A stretch of 54,208 nucleotides of DNA from an uncultured Bacilli bacterium (GTDB lineage Bacteria > Bacillota_I > Bacilli_A > RF39 > UBA660). The stretch lies in the NCBI GenBank assembly GCA_947601485.1, contig CANQGF010000002.1, forward strand, positions 1 to 54,208, read 5' to 3'. The notes beneath the pieces are model-generated. The model did no database searches, had not been told where the DNA came from, and saw only the letters and a list, made by a program, of their open reading frames with translations. Positions 20,577 through 30,824 of this stretch are shown piece after piece. The translations under genes and the position numbers were made by a program. The number at the start of each line of letters is the position of its first letter. The first letter of the stretch is position 1.

Positions 20577-21341
20577 TTACTCTCTTTTATATAATAAATT
20601 TTCAATTTTTTTATTTTCTTTAATATAATGATTATTTTCTTTAAAAAAATGAAGGACATTTTTCTTTAAATCTTTAATCCTTTTGGTATGATTATCAATT
20701 TTATGATAGGAAAAATCTTCTAAATAACGTTCAATTAAAAAACGATTTTCAAAATAACGATAATTTTTATAAGCCATAATAATTTTATAGATTAAAAAAG
20801 TTATAATTAAGTAATTATCAATTTTATAAATATAGTTAATAATACTAAAAATAATTAAAGATATAATAGAAATGATGATATTTAAATAATATGATAAATG
20901 ATATGATAAAAATTTTTCCAATAATAAATTCATAATTTTGCTACCATCTAAAGGTATAATAGGAATTAAATTAAAAACCATTAAAATAAAGTTATAATTA
21001 ACGATTAAATGATATGTAAGAGGATGAAAATAACTTTTTAAAAAATAAATGCAAATAAGCAAAATTATTTGGGCAATAATACCTCCAGAGGCAATCACCA
21101 AATCTTTATTAATACTAGTATTAATCTTTTTATTAATTTCTGTGTAACCGCCAAAAGGAAGAATCTCAACACTGTTAATTTCGTAATTAAATATTTTAAT
21201 AAAAATAATATGTCCTAGTTCATGAAATATGCATATACTTAAGATAATAGTAATATTTTTAAGATAGCCACATAAAGCACATAAAATAATAAAAAAATAA
21301 GTATAGTTATTAATTTTAATTTTCTTGAAGATATTCATCAT
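20577..21341 (-). CDS. spoIVFB: M50 site-2 metalloprotease, SpoIVFB-like
   Basis: Polytopic membrane protein with HELGH and the second M50 motif NLIPIIPLDGSKI. It lies immediately upstream of rplU and downstream of an M23-like gene, as in the B. subtilis spoIVFA-spoIVFB-rplU arrangement. Confidence 0.65.
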   Translation of the reverse strand: MMNIFKKIKINNYTYFFIILCALCGYLKNITIILSICIFHELGHIIFIKIFNYEINSVEILPFGGYTEINKKINTSINKDLVIASGGIIAQIILLICIYFLKSYFHPLTYHLIVNYNFILMVFNLIPIIPLDGSKIMNLLLEKFLSYHLSYYLNIIISIISLIIFSIINYIYKIDNYLIITFLIYKIIMAYKNYRYFENRFLIERYLEDFSYHKIDNHTKRIKDLKKNVLHFFKENNHYIKENKKIENLLYKRE

Positions 21342-21987
21342 AACTTAAATGTTGTCCATTTTTTTCTAAAATTAAATAAATATAATCGTTTGAAGCTTCC
21401 CCTATAATAGTATCTTTTTCTACATAATCATATAAATTAATACTGATATTTGTTAATCCCCCATAAGTATAATCTATTCCATCATTTCCTTGAACAACTA
21501 GTACATTACCATAATCTTCTTTTTCTCCTAAAAATATAACAATTCCTCCATATAATAAAGAAATAGGACTACCCTTTTGATAATCAATTTGAACACCATC
21601 TTTATAAGTTACATAATTATTTTTTAAAAGATTACTACTAAATACTAAAGCATCTTTTTCTTGATCTTTACTAGAAACATTTGGTAATACGTTACCAAAT
21701 TTATCTTGATACCATTTATTGATGGCTGTAAATTTTAAATTATCATGAAAAAGGTATTTATCTACTAATGAGGCATTATCATCATCAATTTTAATGTAAA
21801 TAGCTATAGCAATAACTAATATAATACAAATAAGAATTCGTGATAATAAAGATTTGAAATATTTAATTTTTTTATTGTCATTACTATTAAGACTACTATA
21901 GTTTTTATGCGTTATTTTAGTATAATCATCTAATGCTTTTAAAGCTACTTTTCGATCCACTTTATCACCCGTTACAAATATATGCAA
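21316..21987 (-). CDS. spoIVFA: membrane-anchored degenerate M23/LytM-domain protein, SpoIVFA-like
   Basis: Single TM helix (ILICIILVIAIAIYI). C-terminal LytM-like fold (GGIVIFLGEKEDYGNVLVVQGNDGIDYTYGGL...GE...YIYLILEKNG) lacks the metal-binding His residues. It overlaps the M50 protease gene by 26 nt. Confidence 0.5.
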   Translation of the reverse strand: MHIFVTGDKVDRKVALKALDDYTKITHKNYSSLNSNDNKKIKYFKSLLSRILICIILVIAIAIYIKIDDDNASLVDKYLFHDNLKFTAINKWYQDKFGNVLPNVSSKDQEKDALVFSSNLLKNNYVTYKDGVQIDYQKGSPISLLYGGIVIFLGEKEDYGNVLVVQGNDGIDYTYGGLTNISINLYDYVEKDTIIGEASNDYIYLILEKNGQHLSYDEYLQEN

Positions 21988-21997
21988 TAGGTAATAT

Positions 21998-22927
21998 TTA
22001 TTTTCCTCTTTTTAAAATAGCAATGTCCATTTCATGTAAATATGAAAGGGGGTTAACACTACTACTCTCTAAACCTAAATCCTTAAGAATTTCTAAATGA
22101 TCTTTCCATTTATAGATTTCTTCATCAAATAAATAGTTAAATAAAATTATGCCTTTATCATCAATAAAATTGGTTAAATAATTAAGGAGATATTGATATT
22201 CATACTTATTTAAAGGTTTATGATATTCAACTTCATAGTAAGAAATAATATTTGATAAAAGCAATAATTGATATTTTTTAATTGGTAAATGCATGATATC
22301 AGTATTATAAAAATTAATATGAGCATTTCTTAAATTATTTTTTAATCTTTGGTAATAGTGAGCATTTTCTAAATATAAATTACCTCTTAAACTCTTTTTA
22401 AAACCAGATGTATTTTGACATATTAAATGAAGTAAATTAAGAGATTTTCCATTATTTTTTTGTAGTTCATAATTGTATTCAATAATTCTACTCCAAAATT
22501 CTCTATATTCTTTGTCCATATTTGGAAGAATTGATTCCAAAATACTAGTTAATTCCTCTAAAGAAGTATTTGCATTTATTAAAGTACTTACTATTTTTAA
22601 ATAATCTTCATAGTCATATTTTTCTATTAAAGTAAGTTTTAAACCAAAAACAATATATAATGATATTTTATTAATATCAAAAGTATCAATATTTAAAATA
22701 TCTTGACAAATTAGATTAAACATTTGATCCCCACTTGAAAGAACACTAAGGGCATTTTCATATAAAGAAATATCTAAATAATTTAAATAACCTTTAATAT
22801 TTTCATTAGTACTAAAATAAGCTTTAGAATACTTCTCAAAAGGTTTATTTGATAAATAAAAACCATTGTTATAACTTTTTTTAATTAATTGTTTTACTGC
22901 TTTAATATCATTTTCGATATTTTGCAT
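21998..22927 (-). CDS. hypothetical protein, possibly DUF3419/BtaA-like SAM-dependent enzyme fold
   Basis: VLSSGDQMFNL...IDTFDINKISLYIVFGLKLTLIEKYDYEDYL resembles the DUF3419 N-terminal signature (SaGdn.l.l......V.avDlN..Q..ll.LKlaa...L.yeef). Recognised from memory only. Confidence 0.35.
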   Translation of the reverse strand: MQNIENDIKAVKQLIKKSYNNGFYLSNKPFEKYSKAYFSTNENIKGYLNYLDISLYENALSVLSSGDQMFNLICQDILNIDTFDINKISLYIVFGLKLTLIEKYDYEDYLKIVSTLINANTSLEELTSILESILPNMDKEYREFWSRIIEYNYELQKNNGKSLNLLHLICQNTSGFKKSLRGNLYLENAHYYQRLKNNLRNAHINFYNTDIMHLPIKKYQLLLLSNIISYYEVEYHKPLNKYEYQYLLNYLTNFIDDKGIILFNYLFDEEIYKWKDHLEILKDLGLESSSVNPLSYLHEMDIAILKRGK

Positions 22928-23315
22928 AAGAATCCTTTCTAATTAAACTATAACTTAATAAAAAGATAATTAAATTAAAGAAAATATTTTTACCTATTTT
23001 TATTAAAATAATTTGAAGACTATTCCAAATAAAAATATTACTTAATATGATATAAATAATATAGTTAAAGATATTTATAAATAAATAGTTATAAATATTT
23101 TTCTTATTTAAATCTTTAAAGATATAGTTAATAATATATATGATAGTTAAAATTATAATATTATAAAAACTTTTAAAAATAATTAAATCTAAAATTAATG
23201 CTGTTAAAAGATAATATTTATATGGCTTATTATATAAATATAGAAGGAAAAAATATGATGTATATTTAGTGTAGTTATTAATTAAGACATCAAGTAAGAT
23301 AAATAAGTAAATCAT
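22908..23315 (-). CDS. mreD: rod shape-determining protein MreD-like membrane protein
   Basis: 135-aa polytopic hydrophobic protein whose start overlaps the mreC stop. The call rests on position and composition. Confidence 0.5.
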   Translation of the reverse strand: MIYLFILLDVLINNYTKYTSYFFLLYLYNKPYKYYLLTALILDLIIFKSFYNIIILTIIYIINYIFKDLNKKNIYNYLFINIFNYIIYIILSNIFIWNSLQIILIKIGKNIFFNLIIFLLSYSLIRKDSYAKYRK

Positions 23316-23959
23316 TTGGACTCCTTTAAAATACTAACATAATCAATTTTTTTGATATCGATAGGATAATTTACTTTAATTATTTTTTCAATTCCATCAC
23401 TCGTTAATGTAATATTTTTAACTGTGCCAATATAAATATTTTCTTTGGTATTTCCAAGCCCTGAGGTATAGATATTATCACCAACTTTAATATCGCTGGC
23501 ACTAGATATATTTCTTACTATTAACTCATTATTTTTAGCTTCTAAAAGACCTACTTCATCATTTATTTTAACAGAAACCTTACTATCTTTATTAGTAATC
23601 AAACTAACAATACTACTACTAGCATCTACTTTACTAATAAACCCGATTAAAGTATTATCGTAAATAACAGGATTATCTTTTAAATCCTCATCAGTTCCCC
23701 CTCGTATAGTTATTTCATTCATATAATTATAGATATCTTTATAAATAATATAAGTATTTATATAATCACTTTCATAAACTAAATCTATTTCACTGAATTC
23801 TAATAATTTATTATAATCACTTTCTAAAATATTACAACGAGTGGGTGTATAAACATTCTTATGAATAGTAATTATTTTATATAAAGGTTCTTTTAAAATT
23901 AATAGAAGAAAGAAAATTAAAAATAAATGATTATGCCAAAGGAATTTAACTATTTTCAT
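23312..23959 (-). CDS. mreC: rod shape-determining protein MreC
   Basis: N-terminal anchor plus the double beta-barrel signature: PVIYDNTLIGFISKV...SSIVSLITNKDSKVSV...GLLE...L.V.NIS....IKVGDNIYTSGLG....NIYIGTVKNI. Confidence 0.7.
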   Translation of the reverse strand: MKIVKFLWHNHLFLIFFLLLILKEPLYKIITIHKNVYTPTRCNILESDYNKLLEFSEIDLVYESDYINTYIIYKDIYNYMNEITIRGGTDEDLKDNPVIYDNTLIGFISKVDASSSIVSLITNKDSKVSVKINDEVGLLEAKNNELIVRNISSASDIKVGDNIYTSGLGNTKENIYIGTVKNITLTSDGIEKIIKVNYPIDIKKIDYVSILKESK

Positions 23960-24395
23960 TACTCACTTCTCCATATTCTTTTAAAATACTTTGGTTAATT
24001 TGATCATAAGCTTTAGTATCTTCTAATTTTTTAATTAATTCTTCATATTGCAAAAGTTTATTATAAAAATCTTTATCTACTTCAATCATTTTTAAATAGG
24101 GGTTAATATTGTTTTGTTTAAAATAAAGAAGCATATCATTTGTTATATCTAAATCTTCAAAAATGGCAATATATAATTTATATAGATTATCATGATTAAC
24201 TATAATATAAGGAATATTTAAATTATTATTTAAAGCATTTTCATAAGTATTATAAGATCCAACTTCAAAAGCATATACCTTATATTTTTCTTTAGCATAT
24301 ATATTTTCTTTATTTAAAACGAAAAAAGTGATAATTATTCCTAATATGAGCGAAGAAGCAATTAATAGAATATTTTTTTTCATTGGCATCACCAA
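23946..24395 (-). CDS. hypothetical membrane-anchored protein with SPOR-like domain
   Basis: TM helix ILLIASSLILGIIITFFVL, then YAFEVGSYNTYENA......IPYIIVNHDNLYKLYIAIFED, which resembles the SPOR repeat pattern (y.vQvGaf.....A......g....v...ly+V.vG.f). Confidence 0.4.
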   Translation of the reverse strand: MVMPMKKNILLIASSLILGIIITFFVLNKENIYAKEKYKVYAFEVGSYNTYENALNNNLNIPYIIVNHDNLYKLYIAIFEDLDITNDMLLYFKQNNINPYLKMIEVDKDFYNKLLQYEELIKKLEDTKAYDQINQSILKEYGEVSNENS

Positions 24396-24446
24396 TTAAA
24401 TAATAGCATAACTTAAGTAAATATTTTGTCGAAGGAAAGGTAAGGT

Positions 24447-24476
24447 GAAAAAAAGTAGTTAAATTTTCTAACTACT
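24447..24476 (-). terminator. rho-independent terminator after gatB
   Basis: On the minus strand, an AGTAGTT-9 nt-AACTACT hairpin is followed by T7. Confidence 0.6.
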
Positions 24477-24486
24477 AATTTTTTAA

Positions 24487-25923
24487 TTAATTTAGTTTCT
24501 CATTTAATATTTCTTTAACCAGATTAGGATTAGCTTTTCCTTTAGTTTCTTTCATTACTTGACCAACAAAGTAATCAAATAAATTGGTTTTACCATTATG
24601 ATAAGCTATTATTTGATCTTGGTTATTATCTAGAATATTAGTGATAATGTTTTGTAATTCGTCTTTATCAGATATTTGTTGATTATCTTTAGTTATATAA
24701 GTTTTAGGCTCACGCTTTTCAAGTAATGATTTATTAAATATTTCTTTAGCTTGTTTTGAAGAAATATAGCCTTTATTTTGAGCATCAATTATTTGATAAA
24801 GATAAGCTGGTTTTAAATAAAAATCTCTTAAAGTAATATCTTCTTTATTTAAATACGCTATTATTTGAACAATTAAATAATTAGCCGCTACTTTAGGATC
24901 AATACCAAGGTTTAAACATTCTTCAAAATAATCAGCATAATCTTTTTCTTTAATTATAATATTGGCATCATATTCTGATAAACCATAAGTATTTATATAT
25001 TTTTCTTTACGCTTTTCGGGAAGCATAGGAATTGTTTTTTTTATTTGTTCTAGCCATTCATCTGTAATTTTATATTTAGGAATATTGGGCTCAACAAAAT
25101 ATTTATAATCGATGGCATCAACTTTACTACGCATTCTTATGGTTGTACCATCATCTTCATTGAATCTTCTGGTTTCTTGTTCAATTTCACTATCTTTTCC
25201 TTCTTCTTTAAGCTTTGTTTGTCTATTTACTTCATAAACTATAGTATCATAAACGTTACTAAAAGAATTAACATTTTTAACTTCTACTTTTGTGCCTAAC
25301 TCTTTGGCATCTTCATCCATGATAGAGATATTGACATCACATCTTATTTGCCCACGCTTTGTATCAGCATCAGATACTTCACAATATTGATAAACTCTAC
25401 GCATGTATTCTAAGAACGCAACAGCTTCTTCTGGAGAATTTAAACATGGCTCTGTAACAAGTTCTAAAAGTGGTACTCCTGCCCTATTATAATCAATTAA
25501 TGAAGCATCGGAATAATGATCCAAACTAGCAGAATCTTCTTCTAAATGAATATCATGGATTAAAACTTCTTTTTTATAATCACCCATATCAAGAGTGACT
25601 TTTCCATGAGTACCTACAGGAGCATGCATTTGCGTTATTTGATAACCTTTGGGAAGATCAGGATAATAATAATTTTTACGATCAAAATACATATATTCAG
25701 GAATTTCGCAATTTAAAACTAAAGCCATCATTAAAGCTTCTCTTACGGATTCTTTATTAACAGTTGGTAAAATACCGGGAAAGGCCATATCAACTGGGGA
25801 AACATTACTATTAGGAATTTCACTATAAGCATTTTTAGCATTTGAGAAGACTTTGGCATTACTTTTAAGTTCACAGTGCATTTCAAGACCAATTACGGTT
25901 TTATATTTACTCATTTTCCTCAC
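24487..25923 (-). CDS. gatB: Asp/Glu-tRNA(Asn/Gln) amidotransferase subunit B
   Basis: IGLE.H..L....K.F, R.D.NIS, and the C-terminal YqeY/GatB_Yqey domain (GK.NLF.YFVGQVMKETKGKANP). Confidence 0.96.
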   Translation of the reverse strand: MRKMSKYKTVIGLEMHCELKSNAKVFSNAKNAYSEIPNSNVSPVDMAFPGILPTVNKESVREALMMALVLNCEIPEYMYFDRKNYYYPDLPKGYQITQMHAPVGTHGKVTLDMGDYKKEVLIHDIHLEEDSASLDHYSDASLIDYNRAGVPLLELVTEPCLNSPEEAVAFLEYMRRVYQYCEVSDADTKRGQIRCDVNISIMDEDAKELGTKVEVKNVNSFSNVYDTIVYEVNRQTKLKEEGKDSEIEQETRRFNEDDGTTIRMRSKVDAIDYKYFVEPNIPKYKITDEWLEQIKKTIPMLPEKRKEKYINTYGLSEYDANIIIKEKDYADYFEECLNLGIDPKVAANYLIVQIIAYLNKEDITLRDFYLKPAYLYQIIDAQNKGYISSKQAKEIFNKSLLEKREPKTYITKDNQQISDKDELQNIITNILDNNQDQIIAYHNGKTNLFDYFVGQVMKETKGKANPNLVKEILNEKLN

Positions 25924-27370
25924 TCCTTGCTATTTGGTTTAGATAAGGCATTTTGCTTTCTAAAGCATAGGCAATATTTAAAGTATTTTCATCATCATAG
26001 CAATTACCGGTAATATTAATTCCTACTGGCATTCCATCAATAAAGCCATCAGGAATAGTTATAGATGGAAATCCACCAAAGTTACCAATTTGCAAGTGTT
26101 CTTCTAAAACTCTTGTATCGCTATTATCTAGTATATCATTATCACCATCAAGCATTGGAGCAATCCCACTGCCAACTGGCATAATAAGGGCATCATAAGT
26201 TTCAAATAATTTTTTCATTTGATCTACTATTAATCTTCTAACTCTTTGAGCATTTACAAAATATCTTTCTTGATTTTCTTTTTGTAAAATATAAGAGCCA
26301 ATAACAAATCTTCTTTTAATAAGTGGTGAAAATCCTTTTGTTCGATGATCCATCATTATTTCTAAAGGAGTTTTTCCTTCACCTCTTGGACCAAAGATAA
26401 TTCCAGTCAAATTTGACATATTACTTGTCGCTTCAGCACTGGAAATACATGTGTAAACGCTTGGTAAAGCATTAAGTAAAGTTCTATCAAATGAAATTTC
26501 ATCGACTGTAACACCTTCTTCTTTTAGAATATTTAAAGTTTGGTGAAAATTATCCAAATGACGAATTAACATAGAACTAGGATTTTGATAATTATCAATA
26601 TTGCAAAGTTCTTTAATATAAAATAATTTTTTACCAGCAACATTGCCATTTAAGGAAGATAATAAATGAATATTTGATGAATCCCAAGTAGTTTGGTCTT
26701 TTGAATCAAGGCCTTTCATAGCATCAACAACGATTGCGGCATCCCTAACAGAACGAGTAAGAACACCACAATGATCTAAAGATGATGCAAAAGGAAATAA
26801 ACCATACCTACTAATCATGCCATAAGTAGGTTTATAACCAACAATCCCACAGTATGCTGCGGGTTTTCTAATTGAATCACCTGTATCACTACCTAAAGCA
26901 TAAGGATAAACTCCTGCTGCTACTGCGGCGGCACTACCAGCTGAAGAGCCCCCACACATTCTTTTAGTATTCCAAGGATTTTTAACCGGACCAGTGGCAC
27001 AAGTTGTTCCTGTTCCACCCATACCAAATTCATCTAATGCCGTTTTATTAACAGCAATCGCACCGGCTTCTTGTAATTTTAAAACAGCTGTGGCACTAAA
27101 AATTGGGACATAATCTTTTAATGTATTAGATGATCCCGTTGATAAAATTCCTTTAGTTGAATAATTATCTTTAATTCCAAAAGGAATACCGGATAATAAG
27201 TTATCGGTTACTTCATGCATTTCTGGTTTGTCAATAATGGTAACAAAAGCATTACATTTTTCTTCTACTTCATGGGTTTTATTTAATGATTCTTTGACTA
27301 AATCTTTTGGGGTTATCTCTTTATTTAAAAGCATTTCATGTAATTCTTCAATATTTTTTTGAATATTCAT
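25907..27370 (-). CDS. gatA: Asp/Glu-tRNA(Asn/Gln) amidotransferase subunit A
   Basis: Amidase signature GGSSAGSAAAVAAG....ALGSDTGDSIR.PA..CG.VG.KPTYG. Confidence 0.96.
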   Translation of the reverse strand: MNIQKNIEELHEMLLNKEITPKDLVKESLNKTHEVEEKCNAFVTIIDKPEMHEVTDNLLSGIPFGIKDNYSTKGILSTGSSNTLKDYVPIFSATAVLKLQEAGAIAVNKTALDEFGMGGTGTTCATGPVKNPWNTKRMCGGSSAGSAAAVAAGVYPYALGSDTGDSIRKPAAYCGIVGYKPTYGMISRYGLFPFASSLDHCGVLTRSVRDAAIVVDAMKGLDSKDQTTWDSSNIHLLSSLNGNVAGKKLFYIKELCNIDNYQNPSSMLIRHLDNFHQTLNILKEEGVTVDEISFDRTLLNALPSVYTCISSAEATSNMSNLTGIIFGPRGEGKTPLEIMMDHRTKGFSPLIKRRFVIGSYILQKENQERYFVNAQRVRRLIVDQMKKLFETYDALIMPVGSGIAPMLDGDNDILDNSDTRVLEEHLQIGNFGGFPSITIPDGFIDGMPVGINITGNCYDDENTLNIAYALESKMPYLNQIARSEENE

Positions 27371-27684
27371 TCTTCACCTCCCACTACTTTAGGCACTACT
27401 ACTTCTCTATCTTCATAATTATCGCAATTTTGTAATAATTCTTCAATACTAGGTGAATCACTTGCTACATCATCCCTAAGTTCAAAAGAAAAGTCATCTA
27501 AAGTATGAGTCATTGGTTCTACTTCTTCAATATGGGGTATTTTAGTAATTAATTCCATATTATGGTCGATAACATCAAATTCTTTTAAAACCATTTCATT
27601 TTCTTCTTTTGATAAACCAATTAATAGTTTATTTGCATAATCATCAACCATTTCACTTGTAAATTTACTCATCTTACACCTCAT
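27367..27684 (-). CDS. gatC: Asp/Glu-tRNA(Asn/Gln) amidotransferase subunit C
   Basis: ~100-aa acidic protein overlapping the gatA start. LA.L.LSEEE-type N-terminus (LLIGLSKEENEM). The likely start is the internal MSKF. Confidence 0.85.
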   Translation of the reverse strand: MRCKMSKFTSEMVDDYANKLLIGLSKEENEMVLKEFDVIDHNMELITKIPHIEEVEPMTHTLDDFSFELRDDVASDSPSIEELLQNCDNYEDREVVVPKVVGGEE

Positions 27685-27687
27685 ATT

Positions 27688-29061
27688 TTAATATTCACAA
27701 GATCCTGGTGTTCTTGGGAATGGAATAACATCACGAATATTTTCTACTCCCGTTATATAGATAATTAATCTCTCAAAGCCCATTCCAAAACCAGAATGGA
27801 AACAGCCACCATATCTTCTTAAGTTGCAATACCAATCAACTGTATCTGTATCTACACCAAGTTCTTTTGCTCTTTTAATTAATTTATCATAGTCATCTTC
27901 TCTTTGACTACCACCCATTAATTCACCCGCACCAGGGACTTCTAAATCAACGGCAGCAACTGTTTTATTATCATCATTAAGTTTCATATACCAAGCTTTA
28001 ATATCTTTAGGCCAATTTGTAATAAAAACAGGGCCATTGAAATATTCCGTAATATATTTTTCATGTTCTTTAGCAATATCATCTTCATATGATGGGGTAA
28101 ATTCCCATTTAATATTAGCTTTATTTAAAATATCAACGGCTTCATGATGAGTAATGCGAACAAATTTAGAATTAACTAATTTTTCTAATTTTTCTTTTAA
28201 GCCATTTTCAACAAACTTATCACAAAAGTCAATTTCATCTTCACATTTATCTAAAACATAACTTACCACATATTTTAGCATTTCTTCTTCAATGTCCATT
28301 AAACCATTTAAATTGCAAAAAGCAATTTCTGGCTCAATCATCCAAAATTCATTAGCGTGAGTTTTAGTATTAGAATTTTCCGTTCTAAATGTTGGACCAA
28401 AAGTATATATTTTTTTAAATGCCATAGCAAAAGCTTCACCATGTAATTGACCAGTTCCGGTAATAAAAGCTTGTTTATTAAATAAATCTTGTTTCATATC
28501 AACTTGACCATCTTTTAAAGGTAATTTATTTAAATCTAAAGTAGTAACCTTAAACATTTGGTCAGAGCCTTCACAATCAGCAGTGGTAATTAAAGGGGTA
28601 TGAACATATAAATAATTATGTGATTGAAAATATTCATGAATTGCCATTGCTACAGTGCTTCTAATTCTAAAAACAGCTTGAAATAGATTAGTTCGAGGGC
28701 GAAGATATGCTACCTCTCTTAAAAATTCGCGGGTATGTCTTTTAGGTTGAATCGGATAATCTTCGGGACAATTACCAAGAACATCTATTTTAGTTGCTTG
28801 CATTTCAATTTCTTGATTACCTTTTGATTCAATAATTTTACCGGTTATGCAAATTGCACATCCCACTAATAATTTTTGAACTTCAGAAAAATTACTTAAT
28901 TTTTCATCATAAACAACTTGTAAGTGTTCTTGACAAGTACCATCAGAAAAATCAATAAAACCAAAAGTTTTTTGATCACGATGATTTCTAATCCAACCAC
29001 AAATTGTAACTTCTTTATTTAAATATTTATCTTTTTCTTTCAGTAAATCTTTTAAATCCAT
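27688..29061 (-). CDS. asnS: asparagine--tRNA ligase
   Basis: Class IIb synthetase. OB-fold V.ICGWIRNHRDQK.FGFIDFSDGT. The diagnostic motif 2 region is FRTENSNT.THANEFWMIEPE. The C-terminus is GFGMGFERL..Y.TG..NIRDVIPFPR. Confidence 0.92.
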   Translation of the reverse strand: MDLKDLLKEKDKYLNKEVTICGWIRNHRDQKTFGFIDFSDGTCQEHLQVVYDEKLSNFSEVQKLLVGCAICITGKIIESKGNQEIEMQATKIDVLGNCPEDYPIQPKRHTREFLREVAYLRPRTNLFQAVFRIRSTVAMAIHEYFQSHNYLYVHTPLITTADCEGSDQMFKVTTLDLNKLPLKDGQVDMKQDLFNKQAFITGTGQLHGEAFAMAFKKIYTFGPTFRTENSNTKTHANEFWMIEPEIAFCNLNGLMDIEEEMLKYVVSYVLDKCEDEIDFCDKFVENGLKEKLEKLVNSKFVRITHHEAVDILNKANIKWEFTPSYEDDIAKEHEKYITEYFNGPVFITNWPKDIKAWYMKLNDDNKTVAAVDLEVPGAGELMGGSQREDDYDKLIKRAKELGVDTDTVDWYCNLRRYGGCFHSGFGMGFERLIIYITGVENIRDVIPFPRTPGSCEY

Positions 29062-29076
29062 TAATATTTTCCTTTC

Positions 29077-30816
29077 TTAATCTCTTATTTTTATATGTAA
29101 TTCCCTTAATTGTTTTTCATCTAAAGTATTTGGACTACCCATGAGTAAATCAATACCAGAAACATTTGGTGGGAATACTTGTACTTCTCTTAAATTTTCT
29201 TCATCAGTTAAAAGCATAATAATCCGATCAATTCCCGGAGCCATTCCAGCATGAGGAGGAGCTCCGAATTGGAAAGCAGTATATAAACTTCTAAATTTAT
29301 TTTTAATAACCTCTTCATCATAACCAGCAATAGCAAAAGCTTTTTTCATAATTTCAATATCATGATTTCTTACTGCTCCTGAAGCCATTTCATTACCATT
29401 ACAAACGAAGTCATATTGATAAGCTACAATATCTTCAATATTACCTTCTTCTAAAGCTTTTAGACCACCTTTTGGCATACTAAATGGATTATGACCAAAA
29501 TCCCATTTATTATCTTCTTCATTATATTCATACATTGGGAAATCATTAATAATACAAAATTCAAAACGATTATGATCAATTAATTCTAATTCTTCACCTA
29601 ATTTAATTCTTAATATACCAGCTAATTTAGAAATATTTTTATCACCTGCTATAATAAATATTACATCATTATTTTCTAAATTTAATTCTTCTTTAAGACT
29701 ATTAATTTCATCTTCACTTAAAAATTTAGCTATTGATCCCTTTAATTCATTAGCGTCATTTTTAAGATAAGCAAGACCTAAAGCCCCTTTTTCTTTCATA
29801 TATTCTTCTAATTTTTTATACCAAGAATTAGGCTTTTCATAGGCTTTATAAGCATTACTAACTTTAATTGCTTTAACAATTTTGCCCTTAAAACCATTAA
29901 AGATACTATTTACAAATATATTACTAATATCAGTTATTTCTAAAGGATTTCTTAAATCTGGTTTATCTGAACCATATTTAGCTATTGCTTCTTTATAAGG
30001 GATTCTTCTAAATGGACGGGGTGATACTTCTTTATTACTAAATTTTTTAAATGTTTCATAGAAGACTTTTTCACCAATATTATAAATATCTTCTTCCGTA
30101 GCAAAACTCATTTCCATATCTAATTGATAAAATTCTAAAGTTCGATCAGCCCGACAATCTTCATCTCTAAAACATGGAGCAATTTGAAAATATTTATTAA
30201 AGCCAGAAACCATTAATAGTTGTTTATATATTTGAGGAGCTTGGGGCAAAGCATAAAATTTACCTTTATAATTTCTTGAAGGAATAACGAAATCTCTAGC
30301 TCCCTCTGGACTACTTGCTGTAATAATTGGGGTTGTAATTTCTGTAAATCCTTCATCTTTCATAATTTTTCTTAAAAAATCTATAACATGAACACGGAAT
30401 ATAATTTTATCATGTACTAAACTATTTCTTAAATCAAGATAACGATATTTAAGTCTAGTTTCTTCACTAGCATCTTTACTTCTAGCAATTTCAAAAGGTA
30501 AAATATTTTGACATTTACCTAATATTTCCATTTTTTCTAAAACAATTTCAATATCACCCGTAGGCATTTTGGGATTAACATCACTACGCATTCTAACGGT
30601 TCCTGTGATACTAGCAGTACTCTCTTTAGTGACTCCTTCAAAAAGTTTGATATCTTCACTAATAATTTGAACTATACCACTTTCATCACGTAAAGTCATG
30701 AAAATAAGACCACCTAAATTACGAATGGAATTAATCCAACCTGCTACTCTAACAACACTACCGACATCTTCTTTTCTAATTTCACCACAATAACGGTTAC
30801 GATATATATTTTCCAT
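29077..30816 (-). CDS. aspS: aspartate--tRNA ligase (bacterial type with GAD insertion)
   Basis: R..YCGE.R..DVG..V.V.GW, LPQAPQ.YKQLLM, CFRDED.RADR..EFYQLD.E, GGLK, GMAPGIDR. Confidence 0.96.
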   Translation of the reverse strand: MENIYRNRYCGEIRKEDVGSVVRVAGWINSIRNLGGLIFMTLRDESGIVQIISEDIKLFEGVTKESTASITGTVRMRSDVNPKMPTGDIEIVLEKMEILGKCQNILPFEIARSKDASEETRLKYRYLDLRNSLVHDKIIFRVHVIDFLRKIMKDEGFTEITTPIITASSPEGARDFVIPSRNYKGKFYALPQAPQIYKQLLMVSGFNKYFQIAPCFRDEDCRADRTLEFYQLDMEMSFATEEDIYNIGEKVFYETFKKFSNKEVSPRPFRRIPYKEAIAKYGSDKPDLRNPLEITDISNIFVNSIFNGFKGKIVKAIKVSNAYKAYEKPNSWYKKLEEYMKEKGALGLAYLKNDANELKGSIAKFLSEDEINSLKEELNLENNDVIFIIAGDKNISKLAGILRIKLGEELELIDHNRFEFCIINDFPMYEYNEEDNKWDFGHNPFSMPKGGLKALEEGNIEDIVAYQYDFVCNGNEMASGAVRNHDIEIMKKAFAIAGYDEEVIKNKFRSLYTAFQFGAPPHAGMAPGIDRIIMLLTDEENLREVQVFPPNVSGIDLLMGSPNTLDEKQLRELHIKIRD

Positions 30817-30824
30817 GTTACCTC

